A stretch of DNA of 47,466 nt from Armatimonadota bacterium (lineage in GTDB: Bacteria > Armatimonadota > Armatimonadia > Armatimonadales > Armatimonadaceae): NCBI GenBank assembly GCA_043754515.1, contig JAYUUO010000081.1:1-47466 (forward strand). Reading direction: 5' to 3'. The position numbers were made by a program, and so were the translations under genes. How positions within the stretch are numbered: the first letter of the stretch is position 1; every line of letters begins with the position of its first letter. The notes under the pieces were generated by a model that saw only the letters and a program-made list of their open reading frames with translations, was not told the origin of the DNA and made no database searches. This document shows, piece by piece, positions 19,311 through 28,808 of this stretch.

Positions 19311-19999
19311 CTGGTTGCTCCTGTGTTGATGGCCGACCCGACACGGGGACGAAGCATCTCACGCTCTTCGGTTGATATCGAATACTTTAGCCGCGTCAGG
19401 GCGCGATGTAGGCGTACCCGTACCGTTCCTGGTAGAACCACTTGCCCGCTTTTTGAATCTGTCAATTTTTGCGCCATTTCCTCGCTACTATTGCCTTCCA
19501 GAACTATCCCCTGGATGAGGTCGCGGTCTGACTCGGAGCAGGATGCCAGTACCCGTTCCACCCACAAAGATCCAGTGACGTCTCGCTCCGTTTGCTGTTC
19601 GCTCTGGATACGCTCCCAAACGCCGGATATGGTGTCCCCCGACCCACTATCACCGGTTTCAACAATCCGCTTCTTGTTCTCAGCAAACAACCGCTCCTTC
19701 CATTGCTTTGCGCAGTTGTTGGCGATACCCAGAATCCATTGCCGTACTGTGCCCCGGCTCGGATCGAACCGGGACGTTTTAGCGAAGACTACTTTGGCAA
19801 CCTCAACTAACAACTCGCGGGACGCTTCGTCGGGACTTAAACCGAGAGGCTTGATGATAGGACGCACTATGCTTTTCAGGACAGCGATGACACTGCTTTC
19901 GTTTTGTTGCCACCAATGAACGATGAAATCGTTTTTGCTTTGTTCTGAATCGTCCAGTGGTAACGAACTGTTATATTGGTATGAGTCTTTTAAATGCAT
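19307..19999 (-). CDS. ECF-type sigma-70 factor
   Basis: Region 2 (RFDPSRGTVRQWILGIANN) and region 4 (EGNSSEEMA...GTVRVRLHRALTRL). Confidence 0.88.
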   Translation of the reverse strand: MHLKDSYQYNSSLPLDDSEQSKNDFIVHWWQQNESSVIAVLKSIVRPIIKPLGLSPDEASRELLVEVAKVVFAKTSRFDPSRGTVRQWILGIANNCAKQWKERLFAENKKRIVETGDSGSGDTISGVWERIQSEQQTERDVTGSLWVERVLASCSESDRDLIQGIVLEGNSSEEMAQKLTDSKSGQVVLPGTVRVRLHRALTRLKYSISTEEREMLRPRVGSAINTGATR

Positions 20000-20037
20000 C
20001 CTCAGCTATATCTCCGCACCATTCTTCATAAACTAAT

Positions 20038-20063
20038 TGCGTTATTAGCAACATTTTGTTACA
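20038..20063 (-). promoter_or_regulatory. Candidate ECF promoter TGTAAC-N16-CGCA
   Basis: -35 at 20063-20058, -10 at 20041-20038, 38 bp upstream of the sigma start; fits the generic ECF AAC...CG architecture. Confidence 0.45.
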
Positions 20064-20237
20064 AGAATCGAGCCACTGCTTAAATTATTTATGATTTGAG
20101 GAAAATCCAAAAGCGTCCCCGCTTTTTAACGATTGATCTATACTTGCAGTCTTCTGGCATGAATCTTGCATTGCTGTTTTCAATAACAAACCTGACAGAC
20201 TCATAGAGTCGTACGCCTTTTGAAGGAGAAGCCACCA

Positions 20238-20904
20238 TTGAGTTATCGTGACCGAAATGATCAGCCCCTGTACCGAAGTTGCTACGACGCTGTCGGGCAG
20301 TCGCTCAACGAGGTGAAAGAACTCAGAGCGCAGGGTATCTTCGGCTTGCTCCGATTGCGCTGGGGGGCATGGATCGAGGAACGCGCCGCCGGGACACATC
20401 ACTCGCCGCGCGAAATCCCGACAGGTCGTTCTCCTCGCGCAACAGAAATTGGTAGAGCAGACCATCTCCACGGCACAGGCGGTAGAAGCGATGAATCAGG
20501 ATAACGAACGCCAGGCCATCGGTACGATGGTATTCGGGCAACGCGAAATGCTCGCCGAAGCGGCTCTGCAACCGGGAGGACTTATTGCCGCTCCGCCCAG
20601 GCAGATCAACGCGGTGCCATTTCCCGGTGACGATGATAACGCATCTGGGTATGGCGTGGTTTCTGCCGCCGATGGAACCGTCGCTTCCAGTGCCGCACCC
20701 ATGCGCCCGTATATGACCGATGTGCAGATCGATAATCTCGCAAAGCAATTCCTCGCCCGGTTCCCTATCGGGGACGACTACGTGCGCGAGGTTCGGGGTC
20801 AAGAAGATGCGGGAAGCCGCCCGAGAGAGCGAAGTCCGGCGACAACAGGACGCGGCACGGTTCGCGGCGGCACGGGCGCGGGAAGCGAAGCAGGCGAAGG
20901 TTAG
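20238..20904 (+). pseudogene. Frameshifted hypothetical gene
   Basis: TTG after AAGGAGA opens one frame; a shift near 20390 gives GHITRRAKSRQVVLLAQQKL, which joins ORF 20449-20904. Confidence 0.4.
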
Positions 20905-21337
20905 CCCGCCCGTACTAACGACGAACCCAACCCCGACCGGAGATGTTTTCAGGAGCCGGTACGCTTCGATGGACGCGGCGTACAACCGGCGCGACGCGGA
21001 CGGGTACTACGCCCGCCACGCGGGCGACTGGCGGTTCGTCAACAGCGACGGCTCGACGGACGACCTGCGGGCGGCGAAGAAGTACCTCTCGATGCGCCTG
21101 TCGCGGGACCACCCGAAGCGGTTCCTGTCCTGCTCGATCACGGAGAGCATCGTCTCCCTGGAAGCGCGGGGCGGCGACGAGTACCGCGTGGTGGTTGACC
21201 AGACGGTACTCACGGAGACGGCGGCGAAGGGCCGGAACCGCACGCGTATCCGGCAGGAGGACACCTGGCGGAGGGACGGCGGCGACTGGCTCTGCGCCCG
21301 GTCGCGTATTGTGTCCCGTCAGGCGACCCGCCTGTAA
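20720..21337 (+). CDS. NTF2-like (DUF4440/SnoaL) domain protein, probably 5'-truncated
   Basis: YASMDAAYNRRDADGY...DTWRRDGGDWLCARS; higher GC than the upstream DNA; no convincing start. Confidence 0.6.
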   Translation: MCRSIISQSNSSPGSLSGTTTCARFGVKKMREAARESEVRRQQDAARFAAARAREAKQAKVSPPVLTTNPTPTGDVFRSRYASMDAAYNRRDADGYYARHAGDWRFVNSDGSTDDLRAAKKYLSMRLSRDHPKRFLSCSITESIVSLEARGGDEYRVVVDQTVLTETAAKGRNRTRIRQEDTWRRDGGDWLCARSRIVSRQATRL

Positions 21338-21569
21338 CCGGGCGTCGGCGCGGGCAATGACCGGCTAAAAAGTGGGCAATGGCATGGGTATCGGCACGGG
21401 TAATGGGGTGGGCCGCCGGAAAGCCGCGTCCCGCCTCTCGAAACCGCCCGGATGTGCCTCCCCACTAAGACTATTCCTCCTTTGAGTCTGTGTATCTTTG
21501 CGCCATGCGCAAAACGACACGCACTCGCAGGAAGGAACTATCCGTCCCGTATGCCGGGGGGGCGTTGCC

Positions 21570-22517
21570 CTAGTTTGATTTGGTCAGACTGAGATAGACA
21601 ACGTTGTTATTGGTACAGGCTTCGGCACGGAAGAGTCGTGCATCCTCCATCGCCGTCTCCGGTAATTCGCCCAGCAGTCGTAGCACATCGGCTTCATCTC
21701 GGTAGATGAGATCCCATGCCATGAACGCTTCCATGTAGCCGATGTCGGGAAGACACGGGGCGAAGTTCCCTATGAGCAGTTCGCCGCCCGGCTTGAGCAT
21801 CCAGAACAATCGGCTCGTCAATCGTTTGGCGATCGGTCCGTCGAGATAGTCGTACAGACCCGCCGAATACACGAAGTCGAACATTCCTAAGTCCGACTTG
21901 CCGGACAGAAGCGAGGACACCGAACCGACGACGGCGCGAATTCCGCTTCCCGGCTTCGCCCCGGCGTTCACGAGGGCGACGCTGTCCCGATCCTGATCGA
22001 GTCCGATGTACTCACCGACTTGTCCCGATTGAACCGCGACTGACAAAGCGGCTTCTCTCATGTGCCCGCAAGCGACCGACAGGATGCGCGGGTGTTGGAC
22101 TCGTTCTGCAATGCCGTCCACCTTCTTCGCTAGCAAGTCGCGGCGGGCACGGACATTTCTTGGGGCGGCGGAATCGCAAGTGAAGGCGTGAATCATCTTG
22201 CCAACTACACTTGTTTCCTCAGGCGTGGGGGCGTCACCGTAGATGTAATCAATGAGGTGCGCGTCACCGGGGTAGCCGCGTGGCTTGTCGAAGGCGTGGC
22301 GGGTGAACGGGTCTTCGTGAAGAAGGGCGCACAGCGGGTGCGGCACACAGGTTTGCCCGATAAACTTCCGCCAGATGGGTCGCGGCAACTCGCCTCGTAA
22401 CTTCACCAGGCCGCTCTGTAGTCCGCTCATCGCGCCGGTAATATCCCCGTTTCGTAACCGGTCGTGAACCTCCCGTAGAAAGGCCATACTCTCTTCGCCC
22501 GCCCCCGTCCCAATCAT
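21570..22517 (-). CDS. Class I SAM-dependent methyltransferase, PhcB-like
   Basis: KPRGYPGDAHLIDYIY, ILSVACG, GLDQD, FDFVYSAGLYDYL, LKPGGELLIGNF, WDLIYRD. Start ATG 22517 after GGAGA. Confidence 0.85.
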   Translation of the reverse strand: MIGTGAGEESMAFLREVHDRLRNGDITGAMSGLQSGLVKLRGELPRPIWRKFIGQTCVPHPLCALLHEDPFTRHAFDKPRGYPGDAHLIDYIYGDAPTPEETSVVGKMIHAFTCDSAAPRNVRARRDLLAKKVDGIAERVQHPRILSVACGHMREAALSVAVQSGQVGEYIGLDQDRDSVALVNAGAKPGSGIRAVVGSVSSLLSGKSDLGMFDFVYSAGLYDYLDGPIAKRLTSRLFWMLKPGGELLIGNFAPCLPDIGYMEAFMAWDLIYRDEADVLRLLGELPETAMEDARLFRAEACTNNNVVYLSLTKSN

Positions 22518-22618
22518 AAGTTCTCCGCGTCCTTCTCCGAGTGATTCTCGTAATGTGCGAAGTTTGCACATTGCAAGGAGCATTCTACCATGCCGTGTGC
22601 GCTATTCGCACATGGATT

Positions 22619-22891
22619 ATGGAAAAGTCTATCCACAGCGAGGAGTACGTCATCTTCGCCCGCCGCTTAAAGGAAGCCCGGCTTGCGGCAGGTCTCAAGC
22701 AGACGGAACTTGCGGCACGACTCTTGAAGCCGCACTCGTACATCAGCCGGATAGAGAACCGGCAGATTCGAGTGGACGTGATTGAATTGCGGCAAATATG
22801 CGGCGCGATTGGTGTGTCGTTCCGCCTATTTATTAATAGCCTTGAAGATGAGCTGGAAATGCAGAAGGATAGAAGCAACAACGCTTTATAA
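22619..22891 (+). CDS. XRE-family HTH regulator
   Basis: MEKSIHSEEY...LKEARLAAGLKQTELAARL...ISRIENRQIRVDVIEL. Confidence 0.88.
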   Translation: MEKSIHSEEYVIFARRLKEARLAAGLKQTELAARLLKPHSYISRIENRQIRVDVIELRQICGAIGVSFRLFINSLEDELEMQKDRSNNAL

Positions 22892-22946
22892 TGAGACTGA
22901 TATTATGGTTTGCGTTTAATAACCATTCAAGATTGACCGATCATAC

Positions 22947-24308
22947 TCATCGGTTTTCCGTGATGATTACCTCCTGACGGTCTTTCGCCACACAGACCCC
23001 GTTTTTGACGACGTAGCATTCCACATAATGGGGCCCTGCGAATGCCGTAGGTTCTTGGATCGCGCGCACATTTCCGCGGGACTCGATCTGGCCCCGAATG
23101 CAGTCATTCCGCCGTGCCTCATCCCCGTTGTTTTTTATCTTCCAGTAGATCCGGACTGGCTCAGGAACGTCGCACTGCGTAATTTGAAACTCCATGCGGC
23201 GTCCGATCTGTACTTTGCTCCCCGAACTACTCAGTTTATAGTCTCGGAAGCCGTGCTTCCGCATTACTCGCCCCGTAATGCGGACTTTATATTCCGGCTG
23301 TATGGCGACCGCAATGCCATGGTCACTCAAGTCTTCCTCGGTGTCGCGGTAAGAAGCAGGTGGGAAGAATGCCGATTTGACCAACCCGCTCGATTTTTGC
23401 GCCGCGGGTTCTTCGGGGAAAGCATCCCCGAAAATCTTGCGCCACTTGCGAACGCTCTCCGGCTTATCCTGCTCTAGATAGGCGTCATCAATCCACTCGG
23501 CATACCGGATGATCTGGGCGCGGAAGTTGGAGTATTTGTCCTGATCCCACCTGTCACCGAAGTTTTCGCCCGTCCCGCTCGGGTCAAGGATGGTAGGCAT
23601 TATGACGTTAACATGGACATATTCACTGAGGCGATTCATCACGGTACGGAGCGTGGTTGGGACATCCGCGTAGCAATTCGGCTCCGCTAAGAGTGCGGCA
23701 TCATTGACCCGGCCACCGAGGAGCACATTAAGAACGACCGATTTTACGTCGAAACTTTTCTTATAGTTTCTCAGATACTTCACGAGGCGGATTACCTTGA
23801 CCAGATGGTAGTTCGAAGTGCGGTGCTTCTCTTCCAACCAATCATTATATCCTTCGGGATTGGTTTCTTCATAATTGTTCTCGTGTCGGTTAGTCACATA
23901 GCGTTTCTCATGCCGTGCCAAAAAGGGCACGACATCTATGTGGAAGTCGCCCGCGTAATTCACGGTGACACATCGGGTTTTACGGCTCACCTTGTCCCTA
24001 TAAACGGGACTGCCCCGGAGACAAGTGTACAGATTCTGGACGTAATCTTTCGCCTCCCATCCGCTGACCTCGTCCAGAAAAAATAGAATATCCGCGTCAA
24101 AATCTTCATAATCTTGCACCGGCCTGATGATGGTACGGTGTGCGTAGGAGCCTTGCGATATCGTGTCGCCGAAATATGTGGCAAACATATCGCTCCCCCG
24201 TAAAAAGTTTGTGACCGCGTTCACGCTCGCATTGAGGCGCGAAAGTCGGGTGGCGTTGAGGTTGACCTCGTTTTCGAGGAAGTCTTTAAAGTTGTTTACT
24301 AGTTTCAT
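22947..24308 (-). CDS. CBASS CD-NTase (SMODS) with a C-terminal AGS-C domain
   Basis: QGSY...DFDADI...HIDVVP, TNPEGY, VIRLVKYLR; C-terminal YWKIKNNGDEA..RGQI..EPTAFAGPHYVECYVVKNG. Confidence 0.9.
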   Translation of the reverse strand: MKLVNNFKDFLENEVNLNATRLSRLNASVNAVTNFLRGSDMFATYFGDTISQGSYAHRTIIRPVQDYEDFDADILFFLDEVSGWEAKDYVQNLYTCLRGSPVYRDKVSRKTRCVTVNYAGDFHIDVVPFLARHEKRYVTNRHENNYEETNPEGYNDWLEEKHRTSNYHLVKVIRLVKYLRNYKKSFDVKSVVLNVLLGGRVNDAALLAEPNCYADVPTTLRTVMNRLSEYVHVNVIMPTILDPSGTGENFGDRWDQDKYSNFRAQIIRYAEWIDDAYLEQDKPESVRKWRKIFGDAFPEEPAAQKSSGLVKSAFFPPASYRDTEEDLSDHGIAVAIQPEYKVRITGRVMRKHGFRDYKLSSSGSKVQIGRRMEFQITQCDVPEPVRIYWKIKNNGDEARRNDCIRGQIESRGNVRAIQEPTAFAGPHYVECYVVKNGVCVAKDRQEVIITENR

Positions 24309-25504
24309 TGTTCATTTACCGTCAGAGCGTATTCAAAGGTGTTAAACATTCGGTCGTAGATACGAATGCCGGGTTGCACGTGGCGCATGAGACCGCGTCC
24401 GCAGGCTATGGCCGCCGTGACGGGCGCGGCGGGGAAGAGATGAATCGTTCGGAAAGACTTACTTCGCGCCTCCAAACCACTCAGAAAATCATGGTAGCAG
24501 TCGGTAAACGCCCGTAGCGTTGCTCGTGACCGGAATAGGTCTCGGTTGGGAGCGACGCCCTCCGGCCGGATCTCATATACCGGGCGACCATCAGCCACGT
24601 ACCCTGGTAATTCGCTAATATCGATTGACCCGCTCAGTGAGACGATCAAAATCACATCGGTGGAATCGGCCCCATCCCGCAGGAGCCTAGTGGTGAAAGT
24701 AGTCGGCTGTAAATCGTTCTGCCACTGCCACGTTTCGCCCTCTCCTCGGTGCTTCTGGTACAGGTCAGCGGGGATTTTATCGTCGATCGCATATCCGAGG
24801 TAAACAAGAAGGGGTATACGGGCGATGGCAAAGACCGACAGGTGCGAAATATGTTTTGTCCGCACCCCATCCGTTAAACGCATCAGAAACGAATCGATTA
24901 TGCTTTTTGCCGCTATCCAATAGGCAGTGCTAATCGTCTCCGGGTCAGGCAGTGACGACAAGTCAATCTCTATAGAGTGCCTATCAGCTGTGAGAGGGAA
25001 GTAGGCATAACGGTCGCCGCTGGCGATCACCGTCTGCATAGCAGTGTTCCGGGATAATTCAGGGACGGAGCCGCGCACCAGCCCGAGCATTCTAACCACC
25101 GCCGTTTCTTGAGACGGTTTCATCTCGGTCAAATGGCGGATTCGTGTTTCGTGCCGGTGCTTGAGACCGAGCAATCGCTCTTCCGTAAAATAGTCGCGTG
25201 TCGATGTGTCATCGACAATCTTATGGCACACCTGACACAACAACACGAGATTCTCGACGTCGTTGCGCTCACCAATCGGGACGGCAGACGCGCCACGTGG
25301 TGAGCCGGGAGTGTCCTGCCATCCGGCGATATGCGCCCTCTCCCCGAGATTTATGATGCTCTCGAAATCAGGCTCCTCTAGAAGGTAGTCATTGCATTTA
25401 GCGCACCGCCCGCCGGAACGCACCCATAGCAACAAAGTCTCTTTTTCTAGAATACGACGCTTCGGCTCGGTAGGCGATTTATTGGTATCTGCTCGCTTTC
25501 TCAT
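24305..25504 (-). CDS. CBASS HNH-SAVED effector (Cap5-like)
   Basis: CAKC, GERAHI, NLVLLCQVCHKIVD (HNH); HLSVFAIARIPLLVYLG, SLSG, IHLFPAAP..AIACG (SAVED). ATGA overlap with the CD-NTase. Confidence 0.9.
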   Translation of the reverse strand: MRKRADTNKSPTEPKRRILEKETLLLWVRSGGRCAKCNDYLLEEPDFESIINLGERAHIAGWQDTPGSPRGASAVPIGERNDVENLVLLCQVCHKIVDDTSTRDYFTEERLLGLKHRHETRIRHLTEMKPSQETAVVRMLGLVRGSVPELSRNTAMQTVIASGDRYAYFPLTADRHSIEIDLSSLPDPETISTAYWIAAKSIIDSFLMRLTDGVRTKHISHLSVFAIARIPLLVYLGYAIDDKIPADLYQKHRGEGETWQWQNDLQPTTFTTRLLRDGADSTDVILIVSLSGSIDISELPGYVADGRPVYEIRPEGVAPNRDLFRSRATLRAFTDCYHDFLSGLEARSKSFRTIHLFPAAPVTAAIACGRGLMRHVQPGIRIYDRMFNTFEYALTVNEQ

Positions 25505-25608
25505 ACTTAAGTTTGGTGCAGTGTATCTGCTTTAGCCCTTCACGTCCTCGTTCACTGGCACATATCGTCGACAAAATTTGCCAGTCACATTGTCATCCTG
25601 GAGAAAAT

Positions 25609-28600
25609 CTACACCCACTCACTCGCGACGGTTTCGGCTTGTAGCAGCACCATATCTACCGCTTGCTCCGTTTTGTCTGGCGGGTAACCGTGCTTCCGCA
25701 ATACCCGCTTCACGATGCGGCGCAGATTCGCCTTTGCCGATTCTTTGATCGCCCAGTCCGTGGTCACGTTATCCCTGACCACCTTAACAAGATCGCGGGC
25801 GATGGCTCGAAGCGCGGCGTCGCCCATGATTTTCACCGCCGAATCGTTCACTTCCAGCGCGTCGTAGAACGCCACCTCGTCGCTCGTCAGGCCGAGTGCT
25901 TCGCCCCGCACCTGTGCTTCGCGCATCTCTTTCGCAAGGGATATCAGCTCCTCTATCACTTGCGCGGTCTCGATGCCCCGGCTCTGGTATCTGCGAATCG
26001 CCAGCGCGAGCATTTCCGAGAACTGCTTGCCCTGCACGACGTTGCCCTTCGCCCGCGCCTTGATCTCACCTTCCAAAAGTTTTCGCAACGCTTCCACGGC
26101 GACATTTTTGTGCGGCAGGTTCTGTACCTCGGCTAAAAACTCGTCGGAGAGGATGGACACATCCGGCTTGTTCAGCCCCGCCGCCGAGAAAATATCTATC
26201 ACCTCGTCCGACACGACGGAGCGCGAAACGATTTGCCGGACCGCGTGATTGATCTGCTCATTCGTCGGTTTGGTGGTTTTCCCGCCGTCCTCACCGTCTT
26301 TCAGAAGCGCGGCGCGAACCGATTGGAAGAACGCCACGTCGTCCACCACGCGAAGCGCGGTGTCGTTCGCCACCGATAGCGCGAACGCACGACTCGCCGC
26401 GAGCGACGCCGCGAGGAACCGCTCCCGCGAATCGTCGCCGTTTGCCCAGTCACGCTCCAGGATATGATCCTGCGCGGCGGGGATGATGGCGATCCGCTCG
26501 GCGGGTGTGCCAGTTTTGAACGCCGCGTAATCAAACCTGTGGAACAGGTCGGCGCACACTTCGAGTTCGGACAGTAGCACCGCGACCGCTTCGTTTTGAT
26601 CTAACACGCCGTCGCCCTGCCCGCCGCTTTCGGCGTACCGCGCCATCGCTTTCTTGAGTTCGTCCGCGATCCCAATATAGTCCACGACCAAGCCGCCCGG
26701 CTTGTCCTTGAAGACGCGGTTGACGCGGGCGATCGCCTGCATCAGGTTGTGTTCCTTCATCGGCTTGTCGATGTACATCGTGTGCAGGCACGGCGCGTCG
26801 AAGCCCGTGAGCCACATATCACGCACGATAACGAGTTGGAGTGGGTCGGCGGGGTCGCGCATCCGGCTTGCCAGGGCGTCGCGCTCCTTCTTGGTGCTGA
26901 TATGCCCTTGCCAGTCGAGCGGGTCGGACGCCGAGCCGGTCATCACCACTTTAATTGTGCCGGTAGCATCATCGTCCGAGTGCCAGTCGGGGCGCAATTT
27001 GACCAGTTCGTCGTACAGGGCGACCGCGATGCGGCGGCTCATCGAAACGATCATTCCCTTGCCCGCCATCGCCTCCTGCCGCTTCCCGAAATGCGCCACG
27101 ACGTCGCGGGCGACAAGGGCGAGCCGCTTCTCGGACCCGACCATGGCTTCGAGTTGCGCCCACTTGCGCTTCGCGGCTTCTTTAAGGGTGTCTTCCGCGC
27201 CCTCGGTCACTTCGGCGAAGTCGGGGTCAATCTTGGGCTTTTCGGCTTCGTCTAAGGCTAGCTTGGCGAGGCGTCCTTCGTAGTAGATGGGAACCGTCGC
27301 GCCGTCCTCGACCGCCCGCTTGATGTCGTAGACACTGATCGTGTCGCCGAACACGCCCCGCGTGGATCGGTCGGCAGATTCTATCGGGGTTCCGGTGAAG
27401 GCGATGAATGTGGCGTTCGGCAGGGCGTTCCGCAGGTGGCGGGCGTAGCCGTCAATGAAGTCGTACTGCGAGCGGTGCGCCTCGTCCGCCAGCACCACGA
27501 CGTTCCGCCGGTCGGTTAGCAGGGGAAACGACTCCCCTTTCTCGTCCACGGAAAACTTCTGCACGGTGGTGAACACGATGCCGCCTTGCGTTACGGAGAG
27601 CAGGCTTCGCAGATGCTCGCGGTTCCGGGCGTTCGCCGGGGTTTGCCGGAGGAGCGCGGCACACCGGGAGAACGTGCCGAAGAGCTGCTCATCCAAGTCG
27701 TTGCGGTCGGTCAGCACCACGATCGTAGGGTTAGCGAGTTCGGGGGCTCGCGCGATCACCCCGGCATAAAACGCCATCGTGAGTGACTTGCCGGAGCCTT
27801 GCGTATGCCAGACGACCCCGGCGCGTCCGTCGCCCGCTCCCGTGGCGGCGTTGATTGTGGCGTCGGCGGCGGTGCGGACGGCGTGGAACTGGTGATACCC
27901 GGCAATCTTCTTGACGATTCTGCCGCCTTCTTCCTCGAACACGACGAACGAGCGCAGGAACGACAGGAGCTGCGCCGGGTCGAGCAGTCCGCGAATCAGC
28001 ACCTCGAGCTCCGGCACGGTTTTTGGGGCGGGCTTTTCGCCGTCCACGGTGCGCCAAGGGGCGAACCGCTCGAAGTCGGCGGAAAGCGAGCCGACCCGCG
28101 CCGTGGTTCCGTCGGCGATGATTAGTAGTTCGTTCGTCAGGAACAGCGACGGGATTTGCGCCTTGTAGGTTTGCAATTGGTCAAACGCTTTCTGCACCGT
28201 GGCGTTCGCGTCGGCGAGGTTTTTGAGTTCCACCACGGCAAGCGGCAAGCCGTTCACAAACACTACTATGTCGGGGCGTCGCTCCTTCGTTTCCTTCACG
28301 GTGAACTGGTTCACGGCAAGAAAAGCGTTATTCGCGGGGTTATCGAAGTCGAGAACGCGCACCAAAATGCCGCTCATTGTGCCGTCGGGGCGGCGTGTCT
28401 CGACCGAGACGCCGCTCACTAAGAGTTCGTGAAAAGCGCGGTTGTTGAGAAGGGGCGACTGGCTCGCGGGGGAAAGTAGCTTGCGCCGCGCTTCAAGCAG
28501 GGCGGATGTGGGAACGCCGGGGTTCAGTTTGGCGAGGGCGTCGTCAAGGCGGGCGGTCAGCACCACATCGGCGTAGGAGTCACGCTCACTCGCAGGTGCG

Positions 28601-28692
28601 CCGGGGGCGATGGTCGCGCCGCTCAGGATTTCGTAGCCAGTTTGTGCGAGCCAATCGAGGGCGGCTTCCTCTACCACGGATTCAGTGATCAT
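25609..28692 (-). CDS. hsdR: Type I restriction enzyme R subunit
   Basis: [54 protein letters not shown]. Confidence 0.96.
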   Translation of the reverse strand: MITESVVEEAALDWLAQTGYEILSGATIAPGAPASERDSYADVVLTARLDDALAKLNPGVPTSALLEARRKLLSPASQSPLLNNRAFHELLVSGVSVETRRPDGTMSGILVRVLDFDNPANNAFLAVNQFTVKETKERRPDIVVFVNGLPLAVVELKNLADANATVQKAFDQLQTYKAQIPSLFLTNELLIIADGTTARVGSLSADFERFAPWRTVDGEKPAPKTVPELEVLIRGLLDPAQLLSFLRSFVVFEEEGGRIVKKIAGYHQFHAVRTAADATINAATGAGDGRAGVVWHTQGSGKSLTMAFYAGVIARAPELANPTIVVLTDRNDLDEQLFGTFSRCAALLRQTPANARNREHLRSLLSVTQGGIVFTTVQKFSVDEKGESFPLLTDRRNVVVLADEAHRSQYDFIDGYARHLRNALPNATFIAFTGTPIESADRSTRGVFGDTISVYDIKRAVEDGATVPIYYEGRLAKLALDEAEKPKIDPDFAEVTEGAEDTLKEAAKRKWAQLEAMVGSEKRLALVARDVVAHFGKRQEAMAGKGMIVSMSRRIAVALYDELVKLRPDWHSDDDATGTIKVVMTGSASDPLDWQGHISTKKERDALASRMRDPADPLQLVIVRDMWLTGFDAPCLHTMYIDKPMKEHNLMQAIARVNRVFKDKPGGLVVDYIGIADELKKAMARYAESGGQGDGVLDQNEAVAVLLSELEVCADLFHRFDYAAFKTGTPAERIAIIPAAQDHILERDWANGDDSRERFLAASLAASRAFALSVANDTALRVVDDVAFFQSVRAALLKDGEDGGKTTKPTNEQINHAVRQIVSRSVVSDEVIDIFSAAGLNKPDVSILSDEFLAEVQNLPHKNVAVEALRKLLEGEIKARAKGNVVQGKQFSEMLALAIRRYQSRGIETAQVIEELISLAKEMREAQVRGEALGLTSDEVAFYDALEVNDSAVKIMGDAALRAIARDLVKVVRDNVTTDWAIKESAKANLRRIVKRVLRKHGYPPDKTEQAVDMVLLQAETVASEWV

Positions 28693-28808
28693 TGTTTTGT
28701 TCGTCCTTTTGCCGTGATGACAGTTTTCATACTACAGCTATTGTTTCAGATGGTGGGCGTGTCTGTCGAGCGATCGCCGTGTTTTCTGTGTACTACGAAG
28801 CGCAACGA

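Noticed and set aside
10972..19999. Assignment to Wadjet, Lamassu, Nezha or Sir2-HerA
   Set aside because: No kleisin/KITE/JetD, LmuA effector or Sir2 gene; the SMC protein has a Rad50 zinc hook and an Mre11 partner.
21374..21413. 6-nt periodic G-rich tract (GGCAAT GGCATG GGTATC GGCACG GGTAAT GGGGTG)
   Set aside because: Too short and degenerate to call a repeat array, G-quadruplex or peptide gene.
22619..22891. XRE gene as the CapH partner of the IrrE/CapP-like peptidase controlling CBASS
   Set aside because: It is convergent with the 3' end of CBASS and ~4 kb from the peptidase, unlike the divergent upstream capH-capP layout. Action in trans is not excluded.
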